The position numbers and the translations under genes were made by a program. Shown in pieces: positions 27,823 to 37,985 of a stretch of DNA of 64,000 bases. Under the pieces are notes generated by a model. The model searched no databases. It saw only the letters and a program-made list of their open reading frames with translations, and was not told the origin of the DNA. Origin of the DNA: Candidatus Zixiibacteriota bacterium (GTDB taxonomy: Bacteria > Zixibacteria > MSB-5A5 > GN15 > JAAZOE01); the NCBI GenBank assembly GCA_043819555.1, contig JBDREQ010000025.1, positions 96,001 to 160,000 on the forward strand, in the 5' to 3' direction. Positions within the stretch are counted from its first letter, which is position 1; each line of letters opens with the position of its first letter.

Positions 27823-28548
27823 ATGATTGAAAAACCTCCAGAGAAGGAAATGTCGTTTCTCGACCATCTTGAGGAACTGCGCCGCAGAATCCTCCGCTCA
27901 ATCGCGGCGATATTTATCGGTGCAATTGCGGCTTATTTCGTTTCAGAATGGTTAGTCAATATTGTCTCGGCTCCACTGGCTGATGTGGGTGTCTATTTTA
28001 AGGCTCCGGCTGAGGCGTTTTTGACGCATATAAAAATATCTTTGTTTGCCGGAATAATAATCTCGTCACCGATTATCCTGTATCAAATCTGGATGTTTGT
28101 CGGACCGGGGCTTCTAAAAAGCGAAGTCATAATCGTAATACCGATTGTGGCATCATCGACGGTTTTTTTCCTTCTGGGCGGGTCTTTCTGCTTTTTTTAC
28201 GTCCTTCCGCTGGCGGTCAAGTTCTTGCTCGAATTTGGCACTGATAATATGAGACCGATGATTATGATTGGTGATTACATATCATTTGCCGGCGCTTTGG
28301 TTTTGGCCTTTGGAATTGTATTTGAGCTTCCGGTGGCGTCGTTTATTTTGGGGCGGATCGGAATTATAGATCATAAGATGCTGGGCAAGGGGAGACGCTA
28401 CGCCGTAGTTGGAATATTTATATTGGCAGCGGTAATAACTCCTCCCGATATGATTAGCCAGCTCCTATTGGGTATCCCTCTTTATTTGTTATATGAAGTA
28501 TCAATTATCGTTGTATGGATGACCGGGCGGGATCGGAATCGCGAATAA
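27823..28548 (+). CDS. tatC: Twin-arginine translocase subunit TatC
   Basis: MSFLDHLEELRRR, YQIWMFVGPGL, FELP, RRYA, AAVITPPD, LYEVS. Confidence 0.97.
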   Translation: MIEKPPEKEMSFLDHLEELRRRILRSIAAIFIGAIAAYFVSEWLVNIVSAPLADVGVYFKAPAEAFLTHIKISLFAGIIISSPIILYQIWMFVGPGLLKSEVIIVIPIVASSTVFFLLGGSFCFFYVLPLAVKFLLEFGTDNMRPMIMIGDYISFAGALVLAFGIVFELPVASFILGRIGIIDHKMLGKGRRYAVVGIFILAAVITPPDMISQLLLGIPLYLLYEVSIIVVWMTGRDRNRE

Positions 28549-28562
28549 TTGGCTCTGGTTGC

Positions 28563-28591
28563 TTGACAGAATTCGTATCGATTGTTAGATT
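28563..28591 (+). promoter_or_regulatory. Sigma70 promoter upstream of tRNA-Gly
   Basis: TTGACA-N17-TAGATT. Confidence 0.7.
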
Positions 28592-28682
28592 CTTTTCAAG
28601 ATTTTTCGTACATAATGCCAGATAACCGGGGCGTGTAATGAAACCTGTTCGCGTATTCCCGACTGGCCGATAAGAGAACCAA

Positions 28683-28754
28683 GCGGGTGTAATTCAGTGG
28701 TAGAATGTCAGCTTCCCAAGCTGGACGTCGTGGGTTCGAGCCCCATCACCCGCT
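28683..28754 (+). tRNA. tRNA-Gly(CCC)
   Basis: Acceptor GCGGGTG/CACCCGC, anticodon arm TCAGC-ttCCCaa-GCTGG, T loop TTCGAGC, U73; CCA not encoded. Confidence 0.96.
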
Positions 28755-28767
28755 TTTTTTTAATGTT

Positions 28768-30060
28768 ATGAAAGTAGTTGCGATAACAAAGTCTTCGCCA
28801 TTTTATGGTGAAATCAGGCCGGGAGCCGAATTGGTTTCTGTCAACGGGCATCCTATATCCGACGAGATCGATTTTCATTTTTACAATACCGAAGATGTTT
28901 TGCGTCTCGATTTTCTTATCGATGGGGAAAAAAAGAATATTGAAATCGAGGAGGCCTATGACTGTGGCGATCTGGGGTTGGAATTTGAAGGGACGAAAAT
29001 AAAAATCTGCAATAATAATTGTATTTTTTGCTTCGTTCATCAGCAGCCCAAAGGGATGCGCCGGAGTTTGTATATCAAAGATGATGATTACCGGTTTTCG
29101 TTTACTCATGGCAATTATATTTCTCTGTCGGGAATAACCGATGCCGATTTTGATCGAATCATTGAGCAGCGTTTGTCGCCTTTATATATTTCCGTTCATG
29201 CCACCGACGATAGACTGAGACGGTGCATATTTCAAAATGAAAAATTGCCCCGGATTATTCCGGCCATAGAGAAACTTGTCAGGAATGGAATTACGGTTCA
29301 TACCCAAACGGTTATTTGTCCCGGAATTAATGACGGCGAGCACCTCAAACAAACTATTGATAATCTGGCCGGATTTTATCCCGGAGTGGCCTCGCTGGCG
29401 GTGGTGCCGGTGGGGCTGACGAAATATAGAAAGCGCCTGCATGATTTGCGGACTTATTCTGAAAAAGAGGCTGATCAAATTATTAGAATTATTAATAAGG
29501 CGCAAAAACGATTTCAGAAAACAATCAAGACCCGATTCGTTTATGCCGCTGATGAATTTTATTTATTGGCTGGAATGGATTTCCCAACTCTGCTAAGTTA
29601 TGAAGACATGCACCAGTTTGAAAACGGCGTTGGGATGGCTCGTCAATTTATCACCGATTTCAATCGGAGAAGGAGATGGTTGCCAGGGGGCATTTCAAAA
29701 AAATTGCGAATAGGAATTATCACCGGCCGGTCGGCTGAGCCGTTTATGAAATCGGTTGTTATATCTGCTCTGGATAAAATTAAAAACTTAAAATCATCGT
29801 TGTATGTTGTCGATAATGATTTTTGGGGAGATACGGTTACGGTAACGGGATTATTGACGGGGAATGATATTCTGAAACGACTTAAAAATCAAAAACCGGA
29901 TATACTCCTTTTGCCGCCGAATTGTCTTAATGCGGATGAGCTGTTTCTTGACAATTTGAGCCTTGAGGAGTTTACTAAAGAAATTGGATGTCCGGTTTTG
30001 AACGGTTCATACGACCTTGTAAATCTTATCCATCGGGCTATTGAGATGAGGAATATTTAA
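28768..30060 (+). CDS. DUF512 family Fe-S (radical SAM-like) protein with PDZ domain
   Basis: CNNNCIFCF, KDDDYRFSF, SPLYISVH, QFENGVG, VTVTGLLTG; ATG 28768 because the ORF-track start is inside the tRNA. Confidence 0.9.
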   Translation: MKVVAITKSSPFYGEIRPGAELVSVNGHPISDEIDFHFYNTEDVLRLDFLIDGEKKNIEIEEAYDCGDLGLEFEGTKIKICNNNCIFCFVHQQPKGMRRSLYIKDDDYRFSFTHGNYISLSGITDADFDRIIEQRLSPLYISVHATDDRLRRCIFQNEKLPRIIPAIEKLVRNGITVHTQTVICPGINDGEHLKQTIDNLAGFYPGVASLAVVPVGLTKYRKRLHDLRTYSEKEADQIIRIINKAQKRFQKTIKTRFVYAADEFYLLAGMDFPTLLSYEDMHQFENGVGMARQFITDFNRRRRWLPGGISKKLRIGIITGRSAEPFMKSVVISALDKIKNLKSSLYVVDNDFWGDTVTVTGLLTGNDILKRLKNQKPDILLLPPNCLNADELFLDNLSLEEFTKEIGCPVLNGSYDLVNLIHRAIEMRNI

Positions 30061-31376
30061 TGCCATTGCCTATTGTCGCCATAGTGGGCCGCCCCAACGT
30101 TGGAAAATCATCAATGTTCAACCGTATGATAAAAAAACGACTGGCTGTGGTTGACAGCGTTTCAGGTGTGACCCGCGACAGGAATTTCGCGCCATGCGAT
30201 TGGAACGGCCGGGATTTCTATCTGGTTGACACGGGCGGAATGGTTCCCGGAACTGATGATCAAATGGAGCAGTTGATCCTGGAACAGGCTCAGATTGGTC
30301 TTGATGAGGCCGACATTATTATTTTTATGGTCGATTGCCAAACCGGAATTACCGATCTGGATTCACTAATCGCGCGGCAACTATTAAGGGCGGATAAATC
30401 GATAATAATATCACCCAATAAGGCAGATAATGAGCAACTCGAAATGAACGCCGGCGAGTTTTATAGCCTTGGCTTTAAGCGGTTGTTTTGCGTATCAGCG
30501 GCAAACGGTCGCGGGGTCGGCGATCTTCTGGATGAGATTATCCGACTTCTGCCAGAAACCGAAGCTGAAAAACAGAAAGACAACCGCATCCGTGTTGCCG
30601 TGGTAGGGCGGCCAAATGTCGGAAAATCGTCTTTTGTCAATTGCCTTCTGGGCGAAGAGCGGCATATAGTTTCAGAGCACCCAGGAACGACTCGTGATTC
30701 GATAGATTCAGTGATATCCCTGAATGACAAGTCATATGTTCTGGTGGATACGGCCGGATTGCGGAAAAAAAGTCGGATTAAAGAAAATATCGAATTTTAT
30801 ACGACTCTTCGAACTTTTCGCGCCGTGCAGCGTTGTGATGTCGCTTTGATTCTTCTTGATGCCAATGAAGGATTAAATGTTCAGGAACTGAAAATCATTG
30901 ATGAGGTCGCTGAAGCCGGACGGGGAATGGTTTTGGCAGTCAATAAATGGGATATATTTGAAAAAGATGAAAAATCGGCGATGTTTTATTCCCGGCAGCT
31001 GGCAGAGGCGATGCCAACTTTTAATTATATCCCGTCGATATTTACATCCGCAAAAACCGGCCAGCGGGTCGCGAAAACTCTGAGCTTAATTGATCGCGTG
31101 TATCATGAATATACCAAGCGCATTGAAACATCGGCGCTGAACAAATTTCTTGAAGGCGCCGTCAAGAGGCAGCCGCCGCCAGCTACTAAAGGCAAGTGGA
31201 TAAAATTTTATTACATTTCCCAGCCAAACACGGCGCCTCCGCTTTTTGTCGTCGCCACGAATTATCCTCAATATATTCAGGATCCATATCGTCGCTATCT
31301 GATAAATCGTTTGCGCGAGCAATTTGGTTTTGAGGGTATTCCTTTAAGAATTAAATTCAAGGGTCGTTCCGAATAA
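30060..31376 (+). CDS. der: Ribosome biogenesis GTPase Der (EngA)
   Basis: Two GRPNVGKS G-domains, DTGG/DTAG, NKWD, C-terminal KH-like domain. Confidence 0.97.
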   Translation: MPLPIVAIVGRPNVGKSSMFNRMIKKRLAVVDSVSGVTRDRNFAPCDWNGRDFYLVDTGGMVPGTDDQMEQLILEQAQIGLDEADIIIFMVDCQTGITDLDSLIARQLLRADKSIIISPNKADNEQLEMNAGEFYSLGFKRLFCVSAANGRGVGDLLDEIIRLLPETEAEKQKDNRIRVAVVGRPNVGKSSFVNCLLGEERHIVSEHPGTTRDSIDSVISLNDKSYVLVDTAGLRKKSRIKENIEFYTTLRTFRAVQRCDVALILLDANEGLNVQELKIIDEVAEAGRGMVLAVNKWDIFEKDEKSAMFYSRQLAEAMPTFNYIPSIFTSAKTGQRVAKTLSLIDRVYHEYTKRIETSALNKFLEGAVKRQPPPATKGKWIKFYYISQPNTAPPLFVVATNYPQYIQDPYRRYLINRLREQFGFEGIPLRIKFKGRSE

Positions 31377-31485
31377 TATCTGGCCTTTTACCTCGGGTAT
31401 GATATATAACCTTACCCCTTATTTGTTTTTAATTAATAAAATACATCTCCGGCCGATATATCGATAAATAGAATAAAAATACCTA

Positions 31486-33231
31486 TTGGAAGATAATTTG
31501 GAGTATCTGGACACTAAATACGATCTCGAGGAAAAGATCCATGAACTCGAGAACAAATTGGAAGCAAAGAATCAGGAAGTTCATGATTTAGCCAATATTG
31601 CCGCCGTCATTACTTCGATTCTTGACCAGGAATCAGTTCTTACCGTCGCAATGGAAATCGCTATCCGTCAGGTTGCCGGTGAAGTCGGCGCGGTAGTAAT
31701 GCTTGAAAATGATCAAATAACTGTCAAGGTTGCCTGGGGTTTGGACGCCGGTGTAATTGAAGGTCAGAAGTACAAAGATGATAAAGATATTGTCCGTTAT
31801 TGTCTCAATCAAAACCAGGCGTTCTATGATAATGATTGCCAAAAAGGTTTTACCAGTGATTTCCCCGCCAACAATTTTATAATTTCGCCTCTTGGTTCCA
31901 AGGCTGTATCAGGAGTAATGATAATATTTAATAAGGAGGCAGGCGGGGAATTTAGTGATCGTGATCTTGAAGCAATGGAAATGATATGTCAGTTCACATC
32001 GGTGTCAATGGAAAACTCCACTCTTCTTAAGGAATCTCTTGAGAAACAGAAAATGTAACAGGATTTGGATTTGGCTCAGCAAATCCAAACGACATTGCTC
32101 CCGGAAAATATCACCATAAATTGCATAGATGTTGCCTCGACCTATATCCCGGCACAAAAAGTTGGGGGAGACTATTACGATATTATGCCGGTCGGCAAAA
32201 ACAAAGTGCTCTTCATGCTGGGTGATGTTGCCAATAAGGGAGTTCCGGCCGCGCTGGTTATGGCTTCTGTTCATGCCATTATCCATGCCTATCTAAATCC
32301 CGGTCAGGACGTGCAGGTCACGAATATAATGTCTCAGTTAAATGATATTCTGTGCAATGATATTATCAAAGATCGCAGTATGTTTTTGACGATGTTCATG
32401 GGATATATTGATCTGGATTCGGGAATTTTGGAATACTGCAATGGGGGCCACCCGCCGGCGTTTTATTACCAGTCATCAAATAAAGAATTCCTGCGCCTGA
32501 AATCAATGGCGACTTTAGTCGGTCAATTCGCGGGATTGCCTTTCCGATCCTCCAAAATTAAAATTGGGCCGGGCGACCGGATTTTTATCTATTCGGATGG
32601 GTTGATTGAGGCGGAAAATAAGAGCGGTGTGCTGTATGGCTTGAATCGACTTGAGGAATTTTTCAAAGCCGGAATAGCTTTCGATATACAAAAATTCAAT
32701 CAGGTTGTCAAAGAAGAAATTGATCATTATCGAATCGGCTCTCGGGAGGAATCAATGGATGATTTTACAACACTTGTTCTCGATATCAATCAGCCGGAAG
32801 ATCAAAAAATGAAATATAATTTTGCATATGTATCCAGTCTGGCCCAATTGGAAAAGTTATATAATGATATCGAGACTGTAATAAGTGATAACAATCTGAG
32901 CGCCAGAATTGCTAATACGCTCAAAGTAGTTATATCCGAAGCGTTTACAAACGCTGTAATTCATGCCCATAAAAACGACGAATCAAAGAAAATTCAAATC
33001 TCTATAACTCTAAATAAAACAAGTGTTTCTGCCGATATTTTAGATGAAGGCTCTTGCCATGGTTTGGAGGAGTTAAGAAATCATAAAATAAATTCTAATC
33101 CCATGGCGGAAAATGGACGAGGGCTTGGAATAATAAGGGAATTAACTGATGAAGTTGAATTCTCAATGAGGCCTCAAGGGGGCCTCAGGATGAGAATTTT
33201 GCTGAATCTGGAACATGAAAATTTAAAATAA
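31486..33231 (+). pseudogene. GAF + SpoIIE/PP2C phosphatase + RsbW-type kinase fusion, split by in-frame TAA at 32056-32058
   Basis: Both ORF-track pieces are in one frame: EKQKM*QDLDLAQQIQ; GGDYYD, GDVANKG, YCNGGH, YSDGL, DDFT; EAFTNAVIH, GRGLGII. Confidence 0.8.
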
Positions 33232-33239
33232 ATATATGA

Positions 33240-33614
33240 ATGGAGAATGGAATGGAAATTATCATCAAAGCCAAAGATCATGTCCATGTGCTATCAATGT
33301 GCGGTAAACTTGATTTGGCCAATTCTGCCAAATTAAAGGAATCCGTGAAATCTCTTCTTGATAAAGAGCATAATTTGATACATCTGGACATGAAAGAGGT
33401 CGATTTTATAAATAGTTCAGGATTGGGAGTTATGGTTTCGATAATGAAAAAGATCCGGGTTCAGAAAGGCCGCATGACTCTTTCAAATTTGGCGCCATAT
33501 GTAAATGAGATATTCGAGATTACGCAACTTTCACATGTATTTGAAATATTCCCCACTGCTGAAGAAGCCATAACCAGCTATCAAACCGTCCGCACAAGCG
33601 TACTGAATAATTAA
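33240..33614 (+). CDS. STAS-domain anti-sigma-factor antagonist (RsbV/SpoIIAA family)
   Basis: GKLD, VDFINSSGLG (phosphoacceptor Ser), IFEITQL. Confidence 0.93.
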   Translation: MENGMEIIIKAKDHVHVLSMCGKLDLANSAKLKESVKSLLDKEHNLIHLDMKEVDFINSSGLGVMVSIMKKIRVQKGRMTLSNLAPYVNEIFEITQLSHVFEIFPTAEEAITSYQTVRTSVLNN

Positions 33615-33713
33615 ACGAGGGAAATATCAGGCACTATATAGAAAATTTGGCAAAACATTTTAAGAATCTATTTTCCATAAAGGGAAGCAATTGAGATTTT
33701 ACGGGGTAAACAA

Positions 33714-34109
33714 ATGAATAAATATAGAATATTGGTTGTTGATGATGAGCTGCTAATTAGAGATTTACTTTATGATTTTTTTAGCTCTCAGGATTGGGAT
33801 ATTATGGTTGCCGATGGCGGCAATAAGGCCATTGAGTATTTAAAAAATCAGGATTTTGATATTGTTTTAACCGATCTTAAAATGCCCGATATGGATGGTA
33901 TGGCCCTGGCTGGACGCATAAGAGAATTATATCAGGGATTGCCGGTTATAATCATGACGGGTTATCCCTCTCTGGATACCGCCATAGAAGCGCTCCGGTA
34001 TAAGATAGACGATTACATAATAAAACCATTTAATATAAATCAGCTTTTCAAGTCCGTGAAGCGAGTGGTTGAAGAATCAAACAGTGAAGTACAGGCGGGG
34101 GAAGCTTGA
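33714..34109 (+). CDS. Single-domain response regulator
   Basis: LVVDDE, TDLKMPDMDG, MTG, IKPF. Confidence 0.92.
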   Translation: MNKYRILVVDDELLIRDLLYDFFSSQDWDIMVADGGNKAIEYLKNQDFDIVLTDLKMPDMDGMALAGRIRELYQGLPVIIMTGYPSLDTAIEALRYKIDDYIIKPFNINQLFKSVKRVVEESNSEVQAGEA

Positions 34110-34273
34110 TATTTAATCTTTCTTTAAGCTCGTTGGAAATGTTCCAAAATGACTTCCTTATTATTGAGTGGTATCCGATTTAGTCTCACTTTTTTTAATC
34201 GAATTTAAGCGGCCATAATTGCTATAACTTTTTTGTTGATTTCTCCTGTTGTATTGCGCTTGTTTTTGTCACT

Positions 34274-35551
34274 ATGGAAGGTGAAAAGTACAATGGGCAG
34301 AGTGTTCAAACAAGTGACGAACTGACGCAGTTCAGTGAGTCATTTGAAACATTTAATAAAATCATAAATAATTTACAAAGGCAATACCTAACACTGGAAA
34401 AGGAATATAGCGGTCAAAGCCATGAGCTCGAAAAGATAAACTATCGTCTCAGAGAGACCATTGCCGAGAATCGATCAGTAACGGTATTTTTGAATTCTAT
34501 TCTCACCTCCTTGACTTCCGGCGTTTTGGTTGTGGATAAATCGGGCACGATTTCACATTTTAATCCGGCTGCCGAAAAGATAGTCGGTATTACGGCCAGC
34601 ACCGCACTAGGGAAAAAATATAATGAAGTGATTTCATGCTCTATGGGAGCCCGGTTTTCCGCTTGCGAAACGGTCATGACCGGCATTGAATTCGAGGCTG
34701 AAGGGAAAATAATTCGTAATAATGAGGGTAATGACATTCCGGTTTCCGTATCAACGTCCCTGCTTGATGATGGTAATGACGATACGTATGGAGCGGTTGA
34801 AATACTTTTTGATCTGACCAAAATCAAAAAGTTGGAAGCGGAAGTAAACCGCGTCAAAACTCTGGCGGCTCTGGGCGAAATGGCCGCGACAGTGGCGCAT
34901 GAAGTTCGTAATCCGCTGGGTGGAATAGGCGGTTTCGCGGCGCTGCTAAAACGGGAATTGGGCGATGATACCGCCAAAATGGATCTGGTCGATAAAATAA
35001 TCTCGGGGGTGGATGCATTGAACAAGACTGTCATTGCTCTGCTGGATTACACTCGCCAGGATCAATTGAATTTGCGGGAGGTTTCGCTTTGTACTCTTAT
35101 CGAAGACAGCGTCGAATATGAACTGGCCCAGGATGATGTAAAAGAAATTTCTATTGAGATTGATATTGAAAATGAAAAACGAAATATGACGGTTATTTGC
35201 GATCCGCATTTGATGAGGCAGGTACTTTTAAATCTGTATCGAAATAGTCGAGAAGCAATGAACGGAACCGGACGGATTACTATCAGAGCCGGGAAAGATA
35301 ATAGTATAAACGGTGACTCAAATAATGAAAACGAGGTATGGATCGAGATTGAGGATAATGGTCCGGGAATTCCCGCCAATCTGAGTGATAAGATATTCCA
35401 GCCTTTTTTTACGACCAAATCAAGTCAGAATGGCTCAGGTTTGGGATTGGCAACTGTTTGGAAAACTATTCAGGCGCATGGCGGCGATATAAGCGTTAAA
35501 TCGGAAGAAGGCAGGGGATCAAATTTTAAAATTATCCTGCCTTCCGGTTGA
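34274..35551 (+). CDS. Cytoplasmic PAS histidine kinase, FleS/FlrB/FlgS-like
   Basis: N-terminal F..FN....LQ..Y..LE coil, PAS domain, AHEVRNPL, DNGPG, GSGLGL; no TM segment. Confidence 0.88.
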   Translation: MEGEKYNGQSVQTSDELTQFSESFETFNKIINNLQRQYLTLEKEYSGQSHELEKINYRLRETIAENRSVTVFLNSILTSLTSGVLVVDKSGTISHFNPAAEKIVGITASTALGKKYNEVISCSMGARFSACETVMTGIEFEAEGKIIRNNEGNDIPVSVSTSLLDDGNDDTYGAVEILFDLTKIKKLEAEVNRVKTLAALGEMAATVAHEVRNPLGGIGGFAALLKRELGDDTAKMDLVDKIISGVDALNKTVIALLDYTRQDQLNLREVSLCTLIEDSVEYELAQDDVKEISIEIDIENEKRNMTVICDPHLMRQVLLNLYRNSREAMNGTGRITIRAGKDNSINGDSNNENEVWIEIEDNGPGIPANLSDKIFQPFFTTKSSQNGSGLGLATVWKTIQAHGGDISVKSEEGRGSNFKIILPSG

Positions 35552-35585
35552 AGAAATTTGCGAGTCTGGCAAAGGACGAGGAAAA

Positions 35586-36944
35586 ATGAAATTAAGCATT
35601 CTGGTCGTGGATGATGATAAGCTTGTAAATGAGTTTATCGGTGAGACCCTCCGCCGCGTTCGGCACACGGTGACAACGGCGTTTTCAGGTGAGGAAGCCA
35701 AAACAATATTGGAATCGCAATCGTTTGATTTGGTGATAAGCGATATCAAAATGCACAAGATGTCCGGAATGGATTTGTTGAAATTAATCAGGGAAAAATA
35801 TCCGGATACGGTTGTGATTTTGATGACTGCTTATGGCACTGTTCAAAACGCGGTTGAAGCCATGAAAATCGGCGCTTTTGATTATCTCGTTAAGCCATTT
35901 TCTCCCGATGAGGTTGAGATGGTGGTTAGCAAAGCGCACGAATTTATGGTGATGCGTTCGGAAAACATGCTTCTCAGGGCGGAAGTGAATGAAAAATATC
36001 GAACATTGATAGGCGCCTCAAAAAAGATGACCGAGATTTTTCAGTTAATTAAGGATGTCGCCCCGAGCCGTTCGACGGTCTTAATAAGCGGCGAATCCGG
36101 TACCGGGAAAGAACTAATCGCTCGGGCGCTCCATCTGTATTCTGATCGGGCCGAGAGACAATTTATAAAACTGAATTGCGCCGCTCTTCCTGACGGGCTT
36201 ATGGAATCGGAATTATTCGGTCATGAAAAAGGCGCTTTTACCGGGGCAGACAGGCAGACTCGGGGTAGATTCGAACTGGCCGATGGCGGAACTTTACTTC
36301 TCGACGAAGTTTCCGAAATCCCGATCAAACTTCAAGGGAAGTTATTGCGAGTTTTGCAGGAACGGGAGTTCGAGCGGGTCGGCTCGGGAGAATCAATGCA
36401 GGTTGACGTCAGAATTATCGCGACGACCAACCGCAATTTGAAAAAAGAAATAGCCGATGGGAATTTCAGGGAAGACTTATACTATCGATTGCATGTAATT
36501 CCTATTGAAGTTCCTCCACTTCATGAGCGCCTGGAGGATATCCCGCCTCTGGTTGGTCATTTCCTGAATAAGTTTTGCGAAGAAACCGGAAAAGAAAAGA
36601 AATCGCTTGATGAATCGGCAATGCGGCTCTTTATGAAATATCACTGGCCCGGAAATGTTCGCGAATTGGAGAATTTTATTGAACGCGCCGTAGTTATTTC
36701 ACAGGAAAAATCTCTATCGGCCAAAGATTTCCCTTCATCTTTGGTTTTAGGCAAAATCGAAGACAAAGGGGGGAATTTTAGAGTGGGCATGACGGTTCAT
36801 GAGGCCGAGAAACTGCTAATTCTGAAAACGCTTGAAGAACAGGATGGCAATCGAACCCGCGCAGCGGAAATATTGGGAATCAATCCCCGAACCCTGCGTA
36901 ATAAACTGCATGAGTATGGAATGGTTGATACTTCAGTTGATTAA
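35586..36944 (+). CDS. Sigma54-dependent response regulator, FleR/FlrC/FlgR-like
   Basis: REC domain, GESGTGKE, ESELFGHEKGAFTGA, WPGNVRELEN, Fis-type HTH. Confidence 0.93.
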   Translation: MKLSILVVDDDKLVNEFIGETLRRVRHTVTTAFSGEEAKTILESQSFDLVISDIKMHKMSGMDLLKLIREKYPDTVVILMTAYGTVQNAVEAMKIGAFDYLVKPFSPDEVEMVVSKAHEFMVMRSENMLLRAEVNEKYRTLIGASKKMTEIFQLIKDVAPSRSTVLISGESGTGKELIARALHLYSDRAERQFIKLNCAALPDGLMESELFGHEKGAFTGADRQTRGRFELADGGTLLLDEVSEIPIKLQGKLLRVLQEREFERVGSGESMQVDVRIIATTNRNLKKEIADGNFREDLYYRLHVIPIEVPPLHERLEDIPPLVGHFLNKFCEETGKEKKSLDESAMRLFMKYHWPGNVRELENFIERAVVISQEKSLSAKDFPSSLVLGKIEDKGGNFRVGMTVHEAEKLLILKTLEEQDGNRTRAAEILGINPRTLRNKLHEYGMVDTSVD

Positions 36945-36980
36945 TTAAAATAGCTCTGAAACAGGGTGAAAATTACCACC

Positions 36981-37010
36981 AGACCATCTCGACCGAGATG
37001 GTCTTTCTTT
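36981..37010 (+). terminator. Intrinsic terminator
   Basis: AGACCATCTCG-ac-CGAGATGGTCT followed by TTCTTT. Confidence 0.75.
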
Positions 37011-37091
37011 ATGAGTTTTAAAGGTGTTAAAAACGGGAGTTTTGCCGATATCCTGAATGATTACTGATTCGTATCAGATTAGAAAAAGGTT

Positions 37092-37985
37092 ATGGCAAGA
37101 AAAAAATTCTACATCGACTTAGCTACTTTCGGCGGGCTGGTGATCGGCGTTGGCGCCATTCTTGTGGCGTATTTTATAGATGGTGGGCGTTTGCAGGCCA
37201 TAACCCAGGCTGCCCCGATGCTATTGGTTATTGGCGGGACATTCGGCGCGGCGATGATTACCACTTCGTTTAATATTGTAAAAAAATTGCCGACCCTTTT
37301 GAAAATCGCGTTTTTCAGGAAAAGCCCTGATTCCCGGAAAACTATCGATTTGATAACGAAGATGGCCGAAAAGGCCAGGCGCGAAGGGGTTTTGGGACTT
37401 GAACGGGATTTGCCTGATATTGAAGATGGGTTTTTTAAAAAGGCAATTCAATTAGTTATCGACGGAACCGAAGCGACGACTCTGCGCCAGATATTACATA
37501 CCGAAGTCAATTATATGTTTGAACGCCATCGTGTCGGGATTGGCCTTTTTAAGGCATTAGGCGGTTTTTCACCGACGATGGGAATTATCGGGACCGTTCT
37601 GGGTTTGATTCATACTTTATCAAATACCTCCGACGCCGGTAAGATGGCCATTGCAATTGCAGGGGCATTTATCGCGACTCTGTGGGGTATTGCCATGGCC
37701 AATATCATTTATCTCCCCATAGGTGACAAACTGCGTTTTCGGCATGATGAAGAATCGAGCAATATGGAGCTTATCATCGAAGGCGTCATCGCCATTCAAT
37801 CGGGCGATAATCCCCGAATCATTAGGACTCGGTTGATGTCATTTATCACCCCTGAATTGCGCACTGAAAAATCGATTGAAGAAACTCGTCAGGCTGCTCA
37901 ACAAAAATCAAAAATGGCTGAAGAACTGATAGATATGAATCTGCGGCGCAAAAAATTTGAATCCCTGCTGAGAGTGGATAAGTAA
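37092..37985 (+). CDS. motA: Flagellar stator protein MotA
   Basis: LVIGGT, ARREGVLGLE, SPTMGIIGTVLGLI, AFIATLWG. Confidence 0.95.
   Translation: MARKKFYIDLATFGGLVIGVGAILVAYFIDGGRLQAITQAAPMLLVIGGTFGAAMITTSFNIVKKLPTLLKIAFFRKSPDSRKTIDLITKMAEKARREGVLGLERDLPDIEDGFFKKAIQLVIDGTEATTLRQILHTEVNYMFERHRVGIGLFKALGGFSPTMGIIGTVLGLIHTLSNTSDAGKMAIAIAGAFIATLWGIAMANIIYLPIGDKLRFRHDEESSNMELIIEGVIAIQSGDNPRIIRTRLMSFITPELRTEKSIEETRQAAQQKSKMAEELIDMNLRRKKFESLLRVDK

Noticed and set aside
28705..28767. N-terminal extension of the DUF512 ORF
   Set aside because: Overlaps tRNA-Gly; the start is ATG 28768
32056..32058. TAA reassignment (alternative genetic code) as the cause of the internal stop
   Set aside because: Many conserved genes here end at TAA at their expected C-termini
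34209..34224. Possible sigma54 promoter before the FleS-like kinase
   Set aside because: GG to GC offset is 10, not the required 12
37017..37051. Sigma28 promoter before motA (GCCGATAT); similar case at 31452
   Set aside because: The -10 box is good but TAAA is not at 15-nt spacing; too weak to call
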